Virus record (IMG/VR): IMGVR_UViG_3300049846_000628
Coordinates: 62,001-126,000 of that record
Length of the DNA: 64,000 nt
Reading direction: 5' to 3' (one strand)
Made by a program: the position numbers and the translations under genes
The notes under the pieces: generated by a model
Told to the model about the DNA's origin: nothing
What the model saw: the letters and a program-made list of their open reading frames with translations, nothing else
Database searches by the model: none
Shown here: in pieces, positions 43,901 to 55,700 of the stretch
Numbering within the stretch: position 1 is the stretch's first letter
Layout of the letters: each line of letters begins with the position of its first letter

Positions 43901-46900
43901 TATGGGTTGATGTTATATGTTGATGATGGAGCACTAAATGGACCTTGCTTGTGATTTGGTGCAGCAACTCTGAACTGTATAAGTGGGGTGAATAAACCAG
44001 ACGCTGATGAAATCCATCCAGTAACTGTTTCACCTACAGAGAATGCTTTTGATGCTCCATAATTCTGTAGAGATGAATCGGTAGCAATTTCAATTAATTT
44101 TGGAACGAAATCAACTTGACTATTTCCATCCAAGAATTGATATATTCTTGTGAGTGGTTTTAAGTTAACTGCATTAAATGCGGTATTACGAGATCTCATA
44201 AAGAGTTCTGTGCCGCTAGCTAACAGTCTATCTTCAACACTAGTTCTGGTTTCAGATCCAACAATTGCCCAACGTCCAGTTGCTCTTAACCATACCCAGT
44301 TGGTTTGGTTGATATTTACATCATTAAGTCTGATGGTTCTTACCCAACTATCACTTGCTGGATTGAGTTTAACAGTTCCACTATAAGAAACAACGTGGAA
44401 TGGGTTAACATTTTCTACTTTGGTTGCTAGTGGTTGTTCAATCCATCCAATTGAATCATATTTTAATGTGATTACATCATTTGTTTTTTGTACATTAGGG
44501 TCATACAGTGCAAAGTTAGTGCTTAAATCTAATGTCTCATTTGTAAATGCTTGTGCAGATACAGGTAACAAATTAATACTATTTCTACTAATCTGAGGTC
44601 TTAATTCTGAATTTTCAGTATCTACCTCTACAGAAGAAGCTAAAACATTAATCAGATCAGTATTTTTAAAGTCATCAACGAAAAATCCTGTCTTAAATCT
44701 ATTAAATCCTTGAGCGTCTTGAACTTGAAGAGTTTGTGTATTAAGTTCAAGAAGAGATAGTGAAGTAACTCTTTCTAGATTTTCTACTCTATCTTCAATT
44801 AATCCAATATCACGCATCGTGTATCTTCTGTTATCTGCAAGAGAAACAGAAGCATCTTTTGGATTGTAAAGATATGGTGGAAGAGTGATAGTAGCAATCT
44901 CCATCACATCATCTGGTTTTGATGGTGCTTTTGGATCTATTGATGGAGTTCCTTGTAAAACTATAAAGTTACCTAACTTGTTAAGATATAGTTTATCAAT
45001 TCTTCCTAGATAATAACTATATCCGACCAGAGCACCTTCATTTGGTGAAAGAATTAGTTTTGGTTCTGTTCCAAAAGTTCTTGATGCAAAATCAAATGGT
45101 GAAGAAGTTGTTGATGTAAATGGTGCTACTCTTGGTCTGAAATCTAATGTGTCTGATGCTCTTTGATTATTTGCACCGATATTTGGAATATCCGACCCGT
45201 ATCTTTCAGCAGAATAACTATTAACGGTGAAGACATCTCCAGTATCACCAGAAGGTACTTCATAGTAATCAAATACTACCAACATTCTTCTTGTTGGTGC
45301 AGATTCTCCTGCGTTTCTTACAAGTCTTGAGTAATCGTAATATTGGTCCTTCTGACCCTTCTCAAGTCTAAACTTGCTTGTGATATTTTGATAGCTACCT
45401 GCGGTTATTGACTGTAACTGTGTAGTAATGTTAGATTCTTCAAATTTAATATTTTCTCCAGCAGTAAATCTGTTAGTGTTAAGATATACTATACCTAAAG
45501 TATTTGCTGATGGTTTTGATACAACTCTAGCAATCGCTTTGCTGGTTTCACCTAAAATATTCTCACCAATAATTGCGTTCGTATCAACATTAGAGATAGA
45601 ACTAAAAGTTAGAGTATCTAAAGATGGATTTGAGGTACTTAAAGATTCATAAACTGCTATGACGTTAGCAACGTCTGGATAGTTTAGAGAAATTTCTTCA
45701 TCTTGAACTCTCAGTCCGTAGAATTGATTATAGGATAATCCGTCATTAATTGACGTGCTTATTCCAGTTCCAGACTCTGGATATTTTGAATATACTACAC
45801 TAACAGTCTTGCTGCGGTTATATTGCTTTAGTTTGCTTTGAACATCACTCTTAACGAATGTTGCATTAATTGCTGCAATATTTTTATTTTGAATGTTTGA
45901 GAATATTACTTGATTATTTGAGATAGTTACTTTATCAGAAGTTAAATTCTCAGTAGTTCCATCAAAGTAATGGATAGAATATCTCTCTTCATCAAAAGGT
46001 TGGAATCTAGCTAAGGATGAAGTTATTCCAAGATCAAAGTTTCCTGTATTGACTGTAAGTGTGTTACTAGATGGAGTTAATACAGAATTAGACTGTGCGG
46101 TAAATGTTAATAAGGAATCGCTTAAATCTGTTGTAGAGATATTTGAATTTGGTAGTTGAGCATAAAGATATCCTTTATCCTCATTCCTAATCTTTGGTAC
46201 ACCAATTGAGAATGTAGTTGTTGTTTGTGATGTTGGAAGACCACCATGACATATTCCAGTTACGGAACTTACTCCAACAAGAGTCATTCTTGTTCCATCA
46301 GCAGATACTGATGCAACTCTGTTGTAGGTTTCCGTATTAAATCCTACTCTCTGGTATCTAATAATTGTATCTGAAGAAATACCTGAGAATGCTTTACCAG
46401 ATGCAGAAACTGAACCATTAGATTCAATTGTTATTATATCAGTTGGTGAAAATCCAAAGGCAGTTGCTTTATCTAATTGAGTATCTGCAACAAAAGCTGT
46501 TGAGAATCCAGAAACTGAGGTTGGTTGAAAAACAGACTTAATATCACTAGATGAGTATGTTCTAATTGACTTAATGGATCTTGGATATAGTTCCAAACCA
46601 TTAATTAAAATTTGCTCACCAACAATAAAAGTTCCAGAAGTTTGACGGATAGAAATAGTATCCGATCCAGAACCTGCAGAAGTTACATATCCACTTGCAC
46701 CGGTGCTTTTTCCTTTTACAAGGGAAGTTGCTGGAAGTTGTGCTGCAGAAACTCCTTGATTTAAAACTAATTCTGTGTATGTCTGGATATCATAAAGGTA
46801 TAAATCCCAGTTTGTAGATCCTCCAGTATACGCTGCATCAGTTACATTGAAAGAATATACTCTTGCATCTCCAATTTTTGTACCAGTTGTTGAGGTTGCA

Positions 46901-48180
46901 GATGCTTTTCTCTGATTGTAGAATTCAACAGATGCTTTTAATTTTGGTGCGCCAGAAATGTTGTTAATTCTAACCAGATTACCCATCTCAAATGGGATAT
47001 TTACATCAGATACAGATTGTGTAGTTCTTGGCTTGGGAACATCTACAATTTCTATACCTGTCTTTTCAATATCATAACCTCTAACATAAGCTTTTCCTGG
47101 TGAAAACTTAATGCACATTAAGTCATCTGATGGTGTATTTCCCTGCTCTGTTTTTTCATTGCTAAAATAAACACCATCATTTCCAAGTCTATTATTCAGA
47201 GAATTATTTAAAGAGAACTCAAATGGATCTACTACATAATCTCCAGACTCATCATAAGTTCTCTGAGCCAGATAATCTCTTATAACGGAATATTGTGACT
47301 TGTTTTCAACTTTCTTTATGCTTCCATCTTGAACTCTTAAAAGTTCTATGAAATTAGTATCAGTGGCGATATCAGTTAAAAGTTTTTTCTCTAAAACTAG
47401 AGAAATTTTAAATCTATCAGCACCAGGTGCAGCATAGTTTGTAAATCCTTTTGCATTATCATACAGTGATGGATCATCTTTCGCTGTAATAATTTGCTCA
47501 TCAACTCTCAAACCAACTCTGTATGATGGAGTATTGGTATAATAGTCTAATACGATTGTTTGCTTTGGAACTCTTACAAAGGTTCCTCTTACAAAATATA
47601 CTCCTTCCCCAATTGATGCAGCAGATCCTGTTGCTGTTGCACCATTTGTAATAGCCGTTGCAAAAGTAGTTCCTGCAGTTATAACATTTCCATTGTACTC
47701 TACGTTTTCACTAGCACTCAGTGCTTCTCCATCTTGGAACTCACTAAAAGTAAAGTCATTGTTAGAGTCTTGATACTTTACATATATTGTTGTATACTCT
47801 ACGTCCGAATTTGGGAGTTGAACTAATTGGATAGTGGCGGTTACCCCAGAAATGCTCCCTGTAATTTTTTTACCAACAAAATTATTAATATAATCAGAAA
47901 TATTAACACCAAATGCCGTTGGGTTTAACTTAACTGCATAAAATTGACCATCATAAACAATATTTCCGGGGATCACCATTGACCCCTCTTTGAATATATG
48001 ACTACCGAAGGATTCAACTTGATCCTGGAGTATTGACTGTAAAGTGTTTAGTTCCCTTGCTTGTACAGGTCTTCCAGGATTGAATAATACTTTATAATAG
48101 TTTTTATCTTTTGCGCCAATACCAGGCTCATTAAAATCATCATAATAAGGACTTACATTAAGATTAGTTTTCTGAGCCAT
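40984..48180 (-). CDS. Large virion structural protein (VrlC/DUF4815-like)
   Basis: N-terminus NLNVSPYYDDF...YKVLFNPGRPVQARELNTLQSILQ; RFKTGFFVDDF; DPLAQSF; follows gp8. Confidence 0.85.
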   Translation of the reverse strand: MAQKTNLNVSPYYDDFNEPGIGAKDKNYYKVLFNPGRPVQARELNTLQSILQDQVESFGSHIFKEGSMVIPGNIVYDGQFYAVKLNPTAFGVNISDYINNFVGKKITGSISGVTATIQLVQLPNSDVEYTTIYVKYQDSNNDFTFSEFQDGEALSASENVEYNGNVITAGTTFATAITNGATATGSAASIGEGVYFVRGTFVRVPKQTIVLDYYTNTPSYRVGLRVDEQIITAKDDPSLYDNAKGFTNYAAPGADRFKISLVLEKKLLTDIATDTNFIELLRVQDGSIKKVENKSQYSVIRDYLAQRTYDESGDYVVDPFEFSLNNSLNNRLGNDGVYFSNEKTEQGNTPSDDLMCIKFSPGKAYVRGYDIEKTGIEIVDVPKPRTTQSVSDVNIPFEMGNLVRINNISGAPKLKASVEFYNQRKASATSTTGTKIGDARVYSFNVTDAAYTGGSTNWDLYLYDIQTYTELVLNQGVSAAQLPATSLVKGKSTGASGYVTSAGSGSDTISIRQTSGTFIVGEQILINGLELYPRSIKSIRTYSSSDIKSVFQPTSVSGFSTAFVADTQLDKATAFGFSPTDIITIESNGSVSASGKAFSGISSDTIIRYQRVGFNTETYNRVASVSADGTRMTLVGVSSVTGICHGGLPTSQTTTTFSIGVPKIRNEDKGYLYAQLPNSNISTTDLSDSLLTFTAQSNSVLTPSSNTLTVNTGNFDLGITSSLARFQPFDEERYSIHYFDGTTENLTSDKVTISNNQVIFSNIQNKNIAAINATFVKSDVQSKLKQYNRSKTVSVVYSKYPESGTGISTSINDGLSYNQFYGLRVQDEEISLNYPDVANVIAVYESLSTSNPSLDTLTFSSISNVDTNAIIGENILGETSKAIARVVSKPSANTLGIVYLNTNRFTAGENIKFEESNITTQLQSITAGSYQNITSKFRLEKGQKDQYYDYSRLVRNAGESAPTRRMLVVFDYYEVPSGDTGDVFTVNSYSAERYGSDIPNIGANNQRASDTLDFRPRVAPFTSTTSSPFDFASRTFGTEPKLILSPNEGALVGYSYYLGRIDKLYLNKLGNFIVLQGTPSIDPKAPSKPDDVMEIATITLPPYLYNPKDASVSLADNRRYTMRDIGLIEDRVENLERVTSLSLLELNTQTLQVQDAQGFNRFKTGFFVDDFKNTDLINVLASSVEVDTENSELRPQISRNSINLLPVSAQAFTNETLDLSTNFALYDPNVQKTNDVITLKYDSIGWIEQPLATKVENVNPFHVVSYSGTVKLNPASDSWVRTIRLNDVNINQTNWVWLRATGRWAIVGSETRTSVEDRLLASGTELFMRSRNTAFNAVNLKPLTRIYQFLDGNSQVDFVPKLIEIATDSSLQNYGASKAFSVGETVTGWISSASGLFTPLIQFRVAAPNHKQGPFSAPSSTYNINPYVKSESIPASYSATSKVLNVDIDSLCEEAQGLYSGYVVTGMKLVGSTSGAIAYVKDVRLISDNYGDLQGAFFLRDPNTNPAPPVRIATGSKVYKLTSSATNQIPLPGSNLISSAETVYKAEGRWETRQRIVTSSTNIYFVDPLAQSFSVGGSLEDTNGNSPNDDSNGAYLTAVDIYFASKDPNNAPLTVEVRTVELGTPTRTVIGNPVTLKPEQIQTSRDATVATKVTFDYPIYLAPGLEYAIVLLAPQSDKYEVWIAEMGERTVNTATLPDAESVRYTRQFAIGSLFKSQNGSIWTANQYQDLKFKLYKADFTASSGSVLFHNPTLNQSNGYVPTLPNNPITTLPRRFAVGITTTTDSNMIGILTTGRKVGEVIKPYNYGYIVGTGSSVATVGITTGGTNYTTTSNVGTYAISGSGSGLKLNVTATNGVITAVTPTIRGNGYAVGDVVGIKTSDISPASGNDARITITGITGVDTLYLSNVQAASFTTVGVSTLVYYDNGTAISVAGTSILSSTAVGGIYDGNFMKVNHFDHGMYAANNKVTLYDVESNVPPTSLSALLSPSGTSVSVASTSNFTTFEGVAVSASNPGYIKIENEIIKYESIGVGQLTTITRGVDSTLILDHPSGSTVYKYELSGVSLRRINKTHDISDTGNDIDSYYIEFDRSNFDSNSINRSSDGSLASSPQLSFNAEYAGGGNNVQSTENIQYDNIIPEILSLVPGAATEISAQIRSVSGTSVDGSEVSFQDQGYEDVEIGVENKLSSTRIICSNINEQTYLGGLLRNKSFTAKINLSTTDNNLSPMIFWKNCSAQLLSSRLNSPVSNYILDNRVNSLIDDPHAAVYVSNTVRLSQPATTLKVIIGAYRHASADFRVLYSLIRPDSSEVEQAFELFPGYNNLTIDANQDGYPDVINPANNSGLPDTFVPASLENQFLEYDFTANNLGEFTGYTIKIVMSGTNQAYAPRFKDLRSIAIR

Positions 48181-48183
48181 TTT

Positions 48184-49743
48184 TTAAAATTCCAGGATAA
48201 TTTTAACGTCTTCTTTTTGTCTAGAACTTCTTGTTACCGTGGGTCTATTATCAATATAAATTATATCCCCTGACTTATTATTTATCTCAGGATTGGAAAG
48301 TCCATTTGTAAATTCAACTCCAAGGTTTATAATTTTATTTGAAATTGTTGTAGTAATTCCTGAGAAAGAACTATCAACGGATGCATTGAATCCACCACCA
48401 ACTTTAACAATCTGATTTACATTATTAAAATCTAAAACCTTTCCTGTGGTCGTCAAACCAATGTAGTCTGTTTGATCGTATGAGTTTGGATTAAAATATA
48501 ATGATCTGTCTCTATAATATTTCAGAACTTTTGTTTCAGAATCATATGATGCTACATATCCAACTGCTATTCCAGTAGGTAATGTTTGTTGAATTTTGTC
48601 CCCTACAGAAATTGTTCCTGAAGGAGTTCCACTAAGTTTTAATGCATAAGTCGCTGAGAATTCACTAGATGTAAAGTTTGTTGTGTTTATTCCAGTGGAG
48701 TCAAAAACTTTTGGATTCTTTAAAATTCCAACTTGAGCAAACTTACTATCAATTGGGAAATCCTTAGTTGAATCATCAAACCTAGCATAAATTAAAATTT
48801 TATCAGCGCCTAATTCTTTGTAAATATCAAATCCGTGACCCTTTGATGGGGGAATAATTGGGATAAGTTTTGCATACTGTCCAGGAGTCGTTGTGGTTCC
48901 TAGATCAACCATAGCATAAGTATAATTTTTTCCACCAGAAGTGACTGTAGCATCAGTAATACTACCTGAGGAATTAACTTCAATAGAAACGGTAGCGTCA
49001 GAACCATCCCCAATAATATTGCAAGATTGTCCAGACTGTAGAGTATATCCAGAACCTCTGGACTGAATATAAACTTTCTTTATCTGGTTATCATTTAAGG
49101 TAGAGTCTCCATTTTCCCTAACTGCTACAATTTGGGAATCCGCAGATGTACTCCAATTATTAGGAACTGTAATATATTCAATAGAATCAAATTTTATAAT
49201 ATCGCTTGGGGAAATGGTGTATAAGTATTTCCAGATATATCCATCTCCACTCTCTCCAGCAGGTGCTGGTTCTAAATCAGTAAAAGTTGGCTCATCTTGC
49301 GATGCATTTCCAGTTGTATTGATTCCAGACGATCCATTATCAATACAAATATAGACTCTATAGTCTGAGTTTACAACATAATAATTTGCATCATATAGTC
49401 TCATAGAACCAGTTATAGGCGATGGATTTACCACGCTATAATCTGGTCTATACATTTCATATTTTGTTCCTTTAACCCAGTCAATTCTTTTAACTACTCT
49501 TCTAATATTTGCACTTGTAATTTTTTTACCAAAAAGAACCGTGGATTCGTAGTGATTCAAATAATCAATGTTATCGGTTGGATTTGGTGGAGTAATATTC
49601 CAATTAGAATCTCTACCGAATCCAACAGCGGTTGGGTTTGATAATCCAACAAAAACATAATATGAATTTGAAGAATCCTGAACAGAGTCTACAAAATTAG
49701 ACGCATTTAAAATTCTAAACTGATCTGTTACAAGTGCAGACAT
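48184..49743 (-). CDS. gp8: Baseplate wedge subunit
   Basis: KKITSANIRRVVKRIDW, RVYICIDNG, DGYIWKYLYTI and PSKGHGFDIYKELGA. Confidence 0.92.
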   Translation of the reverse strand: MSALVTDQFRILNASNFVDSVQDSSNSYYVFVGLSNPTAVGFGRDSNWNITPPNPTDNIDYLNHYESTVLFGKKITSANIRRVVKRIDWVKGTKYEMYRPDYSVVNPSPITGSMRLYDANYYVVNSDYRVYICIDNGSSGINTTGNASQDEPTFTDLEPAPAGESGDGYIWKYLYTISPSDIIKFDSIEYITVPNNWSTSADSQIVAVRENGDSTLNDNQIKKVYIQSRGSGYTLQSGQSCNIIGDGSDATVSIEVNSSGSITDATVTSGGKNYTYAMVDLGTTTTPGQYAKLIPIIPPSKGHGFDIYKELGADKILIYARFDDSTKDFPIDSKFAQVGILKNPKVFDSTGINTTNFTSSEFSATYALKLSGTPSGTISVGDKIQQTLPTGIAVGYVASYDSETKVLKYYRDRSLYFNPNSYDQTDYIGLTTTGKVLDFNNVNQIVKVGGGFNASVDSSFSGITTTISNKIINLGVEFTNGLSNPEINNKSGDIIYIDNRPTVTRSSRQKEDVKIILEF

Positions 49744-49762
49744 TTGAATATAGTTTTTTCTA

Positions 49763-49770
49763 TATTTATA
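49763..49770 (-). promoter_or_regulatory. T4-type late promoter TATAAATA
   Basis: Exact consensus upstream of gp8. Confidence 0.75.
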
Positions 49771-49775
49771 TTAGG

Positions 49776-52700
49776 TCACAAAGTCTTTTTAATCGGTCCA
49801 ATATCTCTCAATCCATATCCTCTTCTCTGTACCGTTGGGAACGTTGATAGTCCAGCGTCAACGTTGTAAGCAGACACTGCTATGGATATTGGGGAGGATG
49901 ATCTAGAGAATCCAGATAATTTACCCCAAGAGAATTTACCAACAGATGAACCTGTTGTGGCGATTCCGACTATGGATGTTGTAGATTGTACATTACAAGT
50001 AATAATACCAACCGATGCGTTAAATGCATTAATATAGTAAATGTTATCTAAGAATGTTGTTCCTACACCCACCTTAGCGGAATCTGTATTAACAATTGAA
50101 GTAACTCCATTTCCAACAAATGTATCAAAAACATAAATTGGTTGATTGACCGAAAGATTTGTAAATGGTGATAGAGATGGATCTAGAGTGAATTTAATAG
50201 CCAGATTAGTTCCGATTCCAACCGTAGTTGCAATTCCAACAACGTTTCCAGAGAATCCTTGTACAGTAGTTACATTAGAAATGTTTTCGTATGTTGGATC
50301 TGGTAATGGAACTAAAACTTGTGGTACTATACCTGCAGTGTATCCAAAACCAGGATTTGTAATTGATACTGTTGATAGTGATCCATTTACGATACTTATG
50401 GTTGCAGTTGCCGTTGTCCCAATTCCAACACCAATTGATGGTGGTGCTGAAATACTTACGGTTACGGCAGATCCTATATATCCACTACCAGGATTATTAA
50501 TTGTTAGTGATGAAATTGTTCCAGCAACAGAAACTGTTGCAGTTACAGCGGCAGATACTGGATCTGGTGCTCCAGATATTATAATCGCATTGAAATTAAT
50601 GCTTCCTGGGGATACATTTTCATAGTTAAAGAATTCTGCATTATCAACATAAATTGAACTATCTGAAGAAGTAATATTACCAATAATTTTTGCAGTGGGA
50701 TAGATCTGTGGTTCTATAGAATCTCTTGCTTTGGAAACTATTCCACCGTCAATTATCTTATCAACTTTTTGCTTAGTCCAACTTAATGGTTTTTCATTTA
50801 CAGTATCAATTCCTTGTAATATATAAAGATTTGTTTGAATCTTATCAGACGAAGGAATGTTACTAATTACTCTTGAATTTTGAGTAGTTGTAGATTGTAA
50901 GAGAGCGTTATTGCTATAGACCTGAACATCATCTCCAATCTTTAAAGTCTCATTTACATCTCTAAAAGAACTATCTAAAGAACTTCCTCTATAGAAGAAG
51001 ATTGCAACATCATCTTCTGGTTTTGGAGCTTCAGTAAATGTAAATGATGTTCCACCAGTGAACTGGTAGGCAACTTTTGGTTCTTGGATGACTCCATTGA
51101 CGAAAATGATCAGTAGAGCATCAAAATCAATTAATTGTGAATCTGGATCTGATGAATTTTTCTCAAAACTGAGAAGTTGAGAATTGTAGAATAGTGGGAA
51201 TCTTGTTCTAGAACCATCTTGATAGTCCTTAACAGAGTCAATATAGTCTAATTCCCCAAACTGCCATGCAGCAAATGAATCTGTAAATGTATCTAAAACT
51301 GTTAACTGGAATTGTGATACTGGAGATGGTAATCCAAAATCAGTAACGAGTCCAACTGGAGTGATTACATCACCTTTCTTAAATCCATATCCAGACCTTG
51401 TTACACTGAATCCAGTGACTTCAAATAATGTAGATCCAACACCAACTGTAGAACTTGCACCAACTTCAACATTGAGGAGTAAACCAACACCAGTATCAGT
51501 TGTTGCACCAACACCCAGTCTTGAAACTCCAATTACAGGAAGATTTTCATAATTTGGAGAAGAAATATTGATAGTTGGATTTACATATCCAGAACCACCG
51601 CCAACAATATTAAATGCTAGGGTTCCGCCAGCACCAACTATAGCACTAATAGTAGCTGCTGTTCCAGTGTGACCAGATTCAGTAATGGCGATTGAAACTG
51701 GATTTCTATATCCAGATCCATAATTTCCAGTAGAACCTATACCAATGGAAACAATACTTCCACCAGCACCAACAATTGCAGTAACTGACGCTCCAACTAG
51801 GGGAGCATATCCAACACCTGTGGTAGAACCTAGGGATATAATAACTCCACCTCTTGGGAGTTGGTTCATATTTACATCAGATTGTGAAATAATTACAGAT
51901 CCATTAGTAGATGTAATTCCTGAGAAAACAATACTACTGATTCCCAAATTAGTATTTTCAACAATACTATAATTGTTACTTAGATTGTTCTGTGTAGTTG
52001 GAGTTTGGAATACTCCATTTATAAACACTATACCGTTTCCACCAGTTGTTCCAAATCCAACAGTGCTTATGCCCTGAGAGGATAATGTATATGTTTGACC
52101 TATACCTGTAAATCTTTCGGAAATATCGTCAAATATTTGATTAGTAGTATAGTCTTTTCTTAGGAAAACTCTTCCGTTGAAAGATGATCTTGCTTCAGAA
52201 AGATTGTCAACATCAGGACCCAATTGATCTTCAATAATCCCCTGTGGTGGATTTGTAAAGAATATTTGATTCCCTGCAATGTTGAAAGAACCACGGTAAA
52301 CATTTACCGCCGATGCATCTGTGTGAGAAGTTGCAGATGATCCTACAAAACCTCTCTGTACTTGAACAAGAGGAACTGATCCACTGAATGAAATTGGTCC
52401 TAATGTGGTTGTTCCCAATCCAACATTATTTACTTTCATATACTCATTATCAATTTTAATAAGATCATTAACATTAATTGAACTTATTCCACTTAAAGCA
52501 AAGATAGTAGTTGCTGCTCCGATAGGAGCTTTATTATTCAATGTTGTGTTAATTAATGAATATGAGATTGGATATTGAACAACATTATCAAGTGTGATTA
52601 TTGATTTTTCATTTTTCTTAACCATCTCCAGTTGATGTGCATTACCTTCACCTAGGCTAGTGAAAGTTACGCATATTCCAGCAGTAGCATATTCTTTTCT

Positions 52701-55700
52701 AGTGGATAACTTGAATACATCATTATTAACTTTATATGCAAAAACTGTAGTTGGTAGTCTATCAGTAACAACACCAACCGAATTCAAGGTGGATCCAATT
52801 CCAACAGAAGTTGCACCAACACCTAAGAATGTAGATGTTGGTCTATAGATTAATTCCTCCCCAGTATTAAAGAAGTGATTTTCAATAGAGAACTCACCAG
52901 TTGCTGGATTTAGGACAGTAGAGTCTGTTGGATCAAACTCTTTCATAAAAATTGGATACCCTTGATATCTCAAATCAAAATTAAGTCTGTTTAGATTATC
53001 ACTATTCAAACCATAGTAATTTGCAGTGTGAACTGAATTTATTATGCTTGCATACTCTAAATCATTAGGTTGATTGATTTCATCGGTAACTGTATAGAAT
53101 TTTTCATTGAAGGAAAGAATTTCAAAAGATCCAGAAATATTTGTGTCTGGATAGAATATTAAACTTGCGGTTGAACCAGAAATACTTCCACCAAATGATC
53201 CAATTCCTGATGTGCTTCCAATGGATAAGAAAGGATATTGTACAGTATAAGTGTCTATATCATCGACAATCATCATTACCTGATGTAAAGCACTTGTTTG
53301 TCCAATACTCACTCTTACAACAGATTTCACTGATGCAAATAAAGTTGTATCTAATGAAACTACAGTTGACGCTGAAGATACTGTTGAGAAGTTGGATAAG
53401 TAATTAACAGTTCCCTCAAATCCATCAATTTGTCCAGTTTTCTTAAATCTATAAGTTCCTATTCCAGATCCTGTAGTGTTAAATCCAATATTCTTACTTC
53501 TAACAATAATATCATTAGAGGATGTATTGGTATAATTCAGAGTTAGTATTCCTCCGGAGATTGAAGCTCCGAAAGAACCTATAAAGGTTCCACTATATTC
53601 ACTATTAGAATCAAAATAAAATTCACTTATGTTAGTGTCTGTTCCATTATGGTCAACATACAACTCAACATAATTCATTTCATTGGTTGTGTTATTTAAA
53701 ATATGAACCTGAGAATGTAATGTTTCAAACTTCGAAACACTTTTTGAAATCAATGATGTTGTTATTCCTGGAGAAACAATCGCATTAGATCCAATAAGAT
53801 CAACAAATCCTACAGAGTAAGTTCCAATTCCAGAGAAGAAAGTTGAGAAATTATCAGATAATATTTTAATTTTATAATCTGTGTTATATGGATCATAAGG
53901 AGTAAATTTCAGATTAAATTCGCCATAGGAATCAACGTAACCTTCAACATCTCCTATCTTAGTATCTAAGTTACTTATGCTTCCTTTTTCTAACGTATAA
54001 ACATCATCCTCATCATTAATAACTACCAATTCAGTCAATTGAATCTGACTATAATCAGAACTGGTAATTTGTACAATAAAGAGGTTATATCTATCTGATT
54101 TGTCTATAGATAAAACATTAGCAAATGTTTCAACATTTCCTTCAGAACTAGAAAACTCAGCACTAATATCATCAATAGCAAGAACACGATTTGTTCTACA
54201 CTCAATATAATCTGCTAGTTTTTTATTTTTAAGTTTTAAGAACCGTGATGTTGATCCAACAGTATCAATATCAACAACTAAATCAAAATTGTTAATAGTA
54301 TCTACTCTATTTTCATCTATAATATCATATAAAATTGTAGTAGACTCTGAAGCAGCAGTAGATCCAACACCAACACTTTGGGTAATTGTTGTGTCTGCAA
54401 AATTCTTAAGTCCAATTGGGTGTAAAATGCTGTTAACTGGGCTAACAATATCAACCCACTCTTGATTGCTTCTTACAGAGTAAGAAAGGTTTTGATAATA
54501 ATCATTGTCTGGAATTACTTGACTATCCTCATCCAGTTTTCCTATATCATCTGACCAACCAATATCTTGTCTTGATCCATAATCAATTCCAAAGTTACCA
54601 GTATTTGTTTGTACACTGTTAATAGTAGCAATGTTTCCAGATTGAACTCCACGAACAACTTGTCCTGCAGAAATCTTATAATCTCCAGAAACTTTAATAT
54701 AATTCTCATTATCTTGTACTACTTTGAGATCTTGGATCTCAAATCCAGTTTCATTTCTAACCGATAACGTTTCTCCAACAATGAAAGGAGAGTATGTTTG
54801 AGTAACTTCAAATTGAGGATAATCTTTATAGTTAACTATGAAGCTGGAAGCGTCTTGAACTGTTTTAGCAATACCAATGTTTGTGGAAAGACCAGAAAGA
54901 CTGTACTCTAGTTTTCTTGGAAGCAGAGTTCCTCCGTTCTCATAAGTAATAACAGTAAAGAATCTATATCCATAGTTGTCGGAATTAAATCCATCACCAT
55001 CATTACTATACTTCTGAACACCCTCTACATAAATTCTGTCTCCAACTGAAAATGGTTCTGTTCCGAATCCACTTAGAGGAGTTACAAGATAGCAAGTAAC
55101 TATTCCAGAAGATGAAGATGTTATGGTATTAATACCAACCCCATTTGTATTATTGATAGCTCTAATTGTAACTGGAGTTGATGGGAGACCTTTTGGTTCC
55201 TGATCAATATCTACCGAAATGATAGAAGTTCCAGAAAGATTTGCAACTAGTAAACCAGAATCAATTCTGGATCCAGTCTCACTATCTACAACAATTAAAT
55301 TAGGAGCACTAACATAATTTTTTCCATTATTAGTTACTTCAATTTCTGAAATAGTATTAGAATTCTTTATAGTAAGTAGAGATGCTATTGAAGCAGCTGG
55401 TCTCAAAGTTTTATCTGATGGATACTCAAATCCCTCATTTACGATTCTTATTTGATTTATTTTTCCAATAGATTCTGACTTCGCAACTACATAAGCGCCT
55501 CTTCCATTGATGGAATCTGTTCCCACAAATGATGGAATTTTTTTGAAATTCACACCAGGTGATATAGTCCTGATCTTAGAAATTCCTCCAGAAGCAGTGC
55601 GAGAGGTAGTCTTATATTTGAGAATATCACAATCTGAGTAATTATAAGTTAAGTTCTCTGGTAATTGTTGTAGAGAAATTACAAATGTGGTTGTTCCTAC

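Noticed and set aside
50146-53407. Several short + strand ORFs inside gp7
   Set aside because: Antisense frames of a Thr/Gly/Val-rich gene, with no RBS or promoter support.
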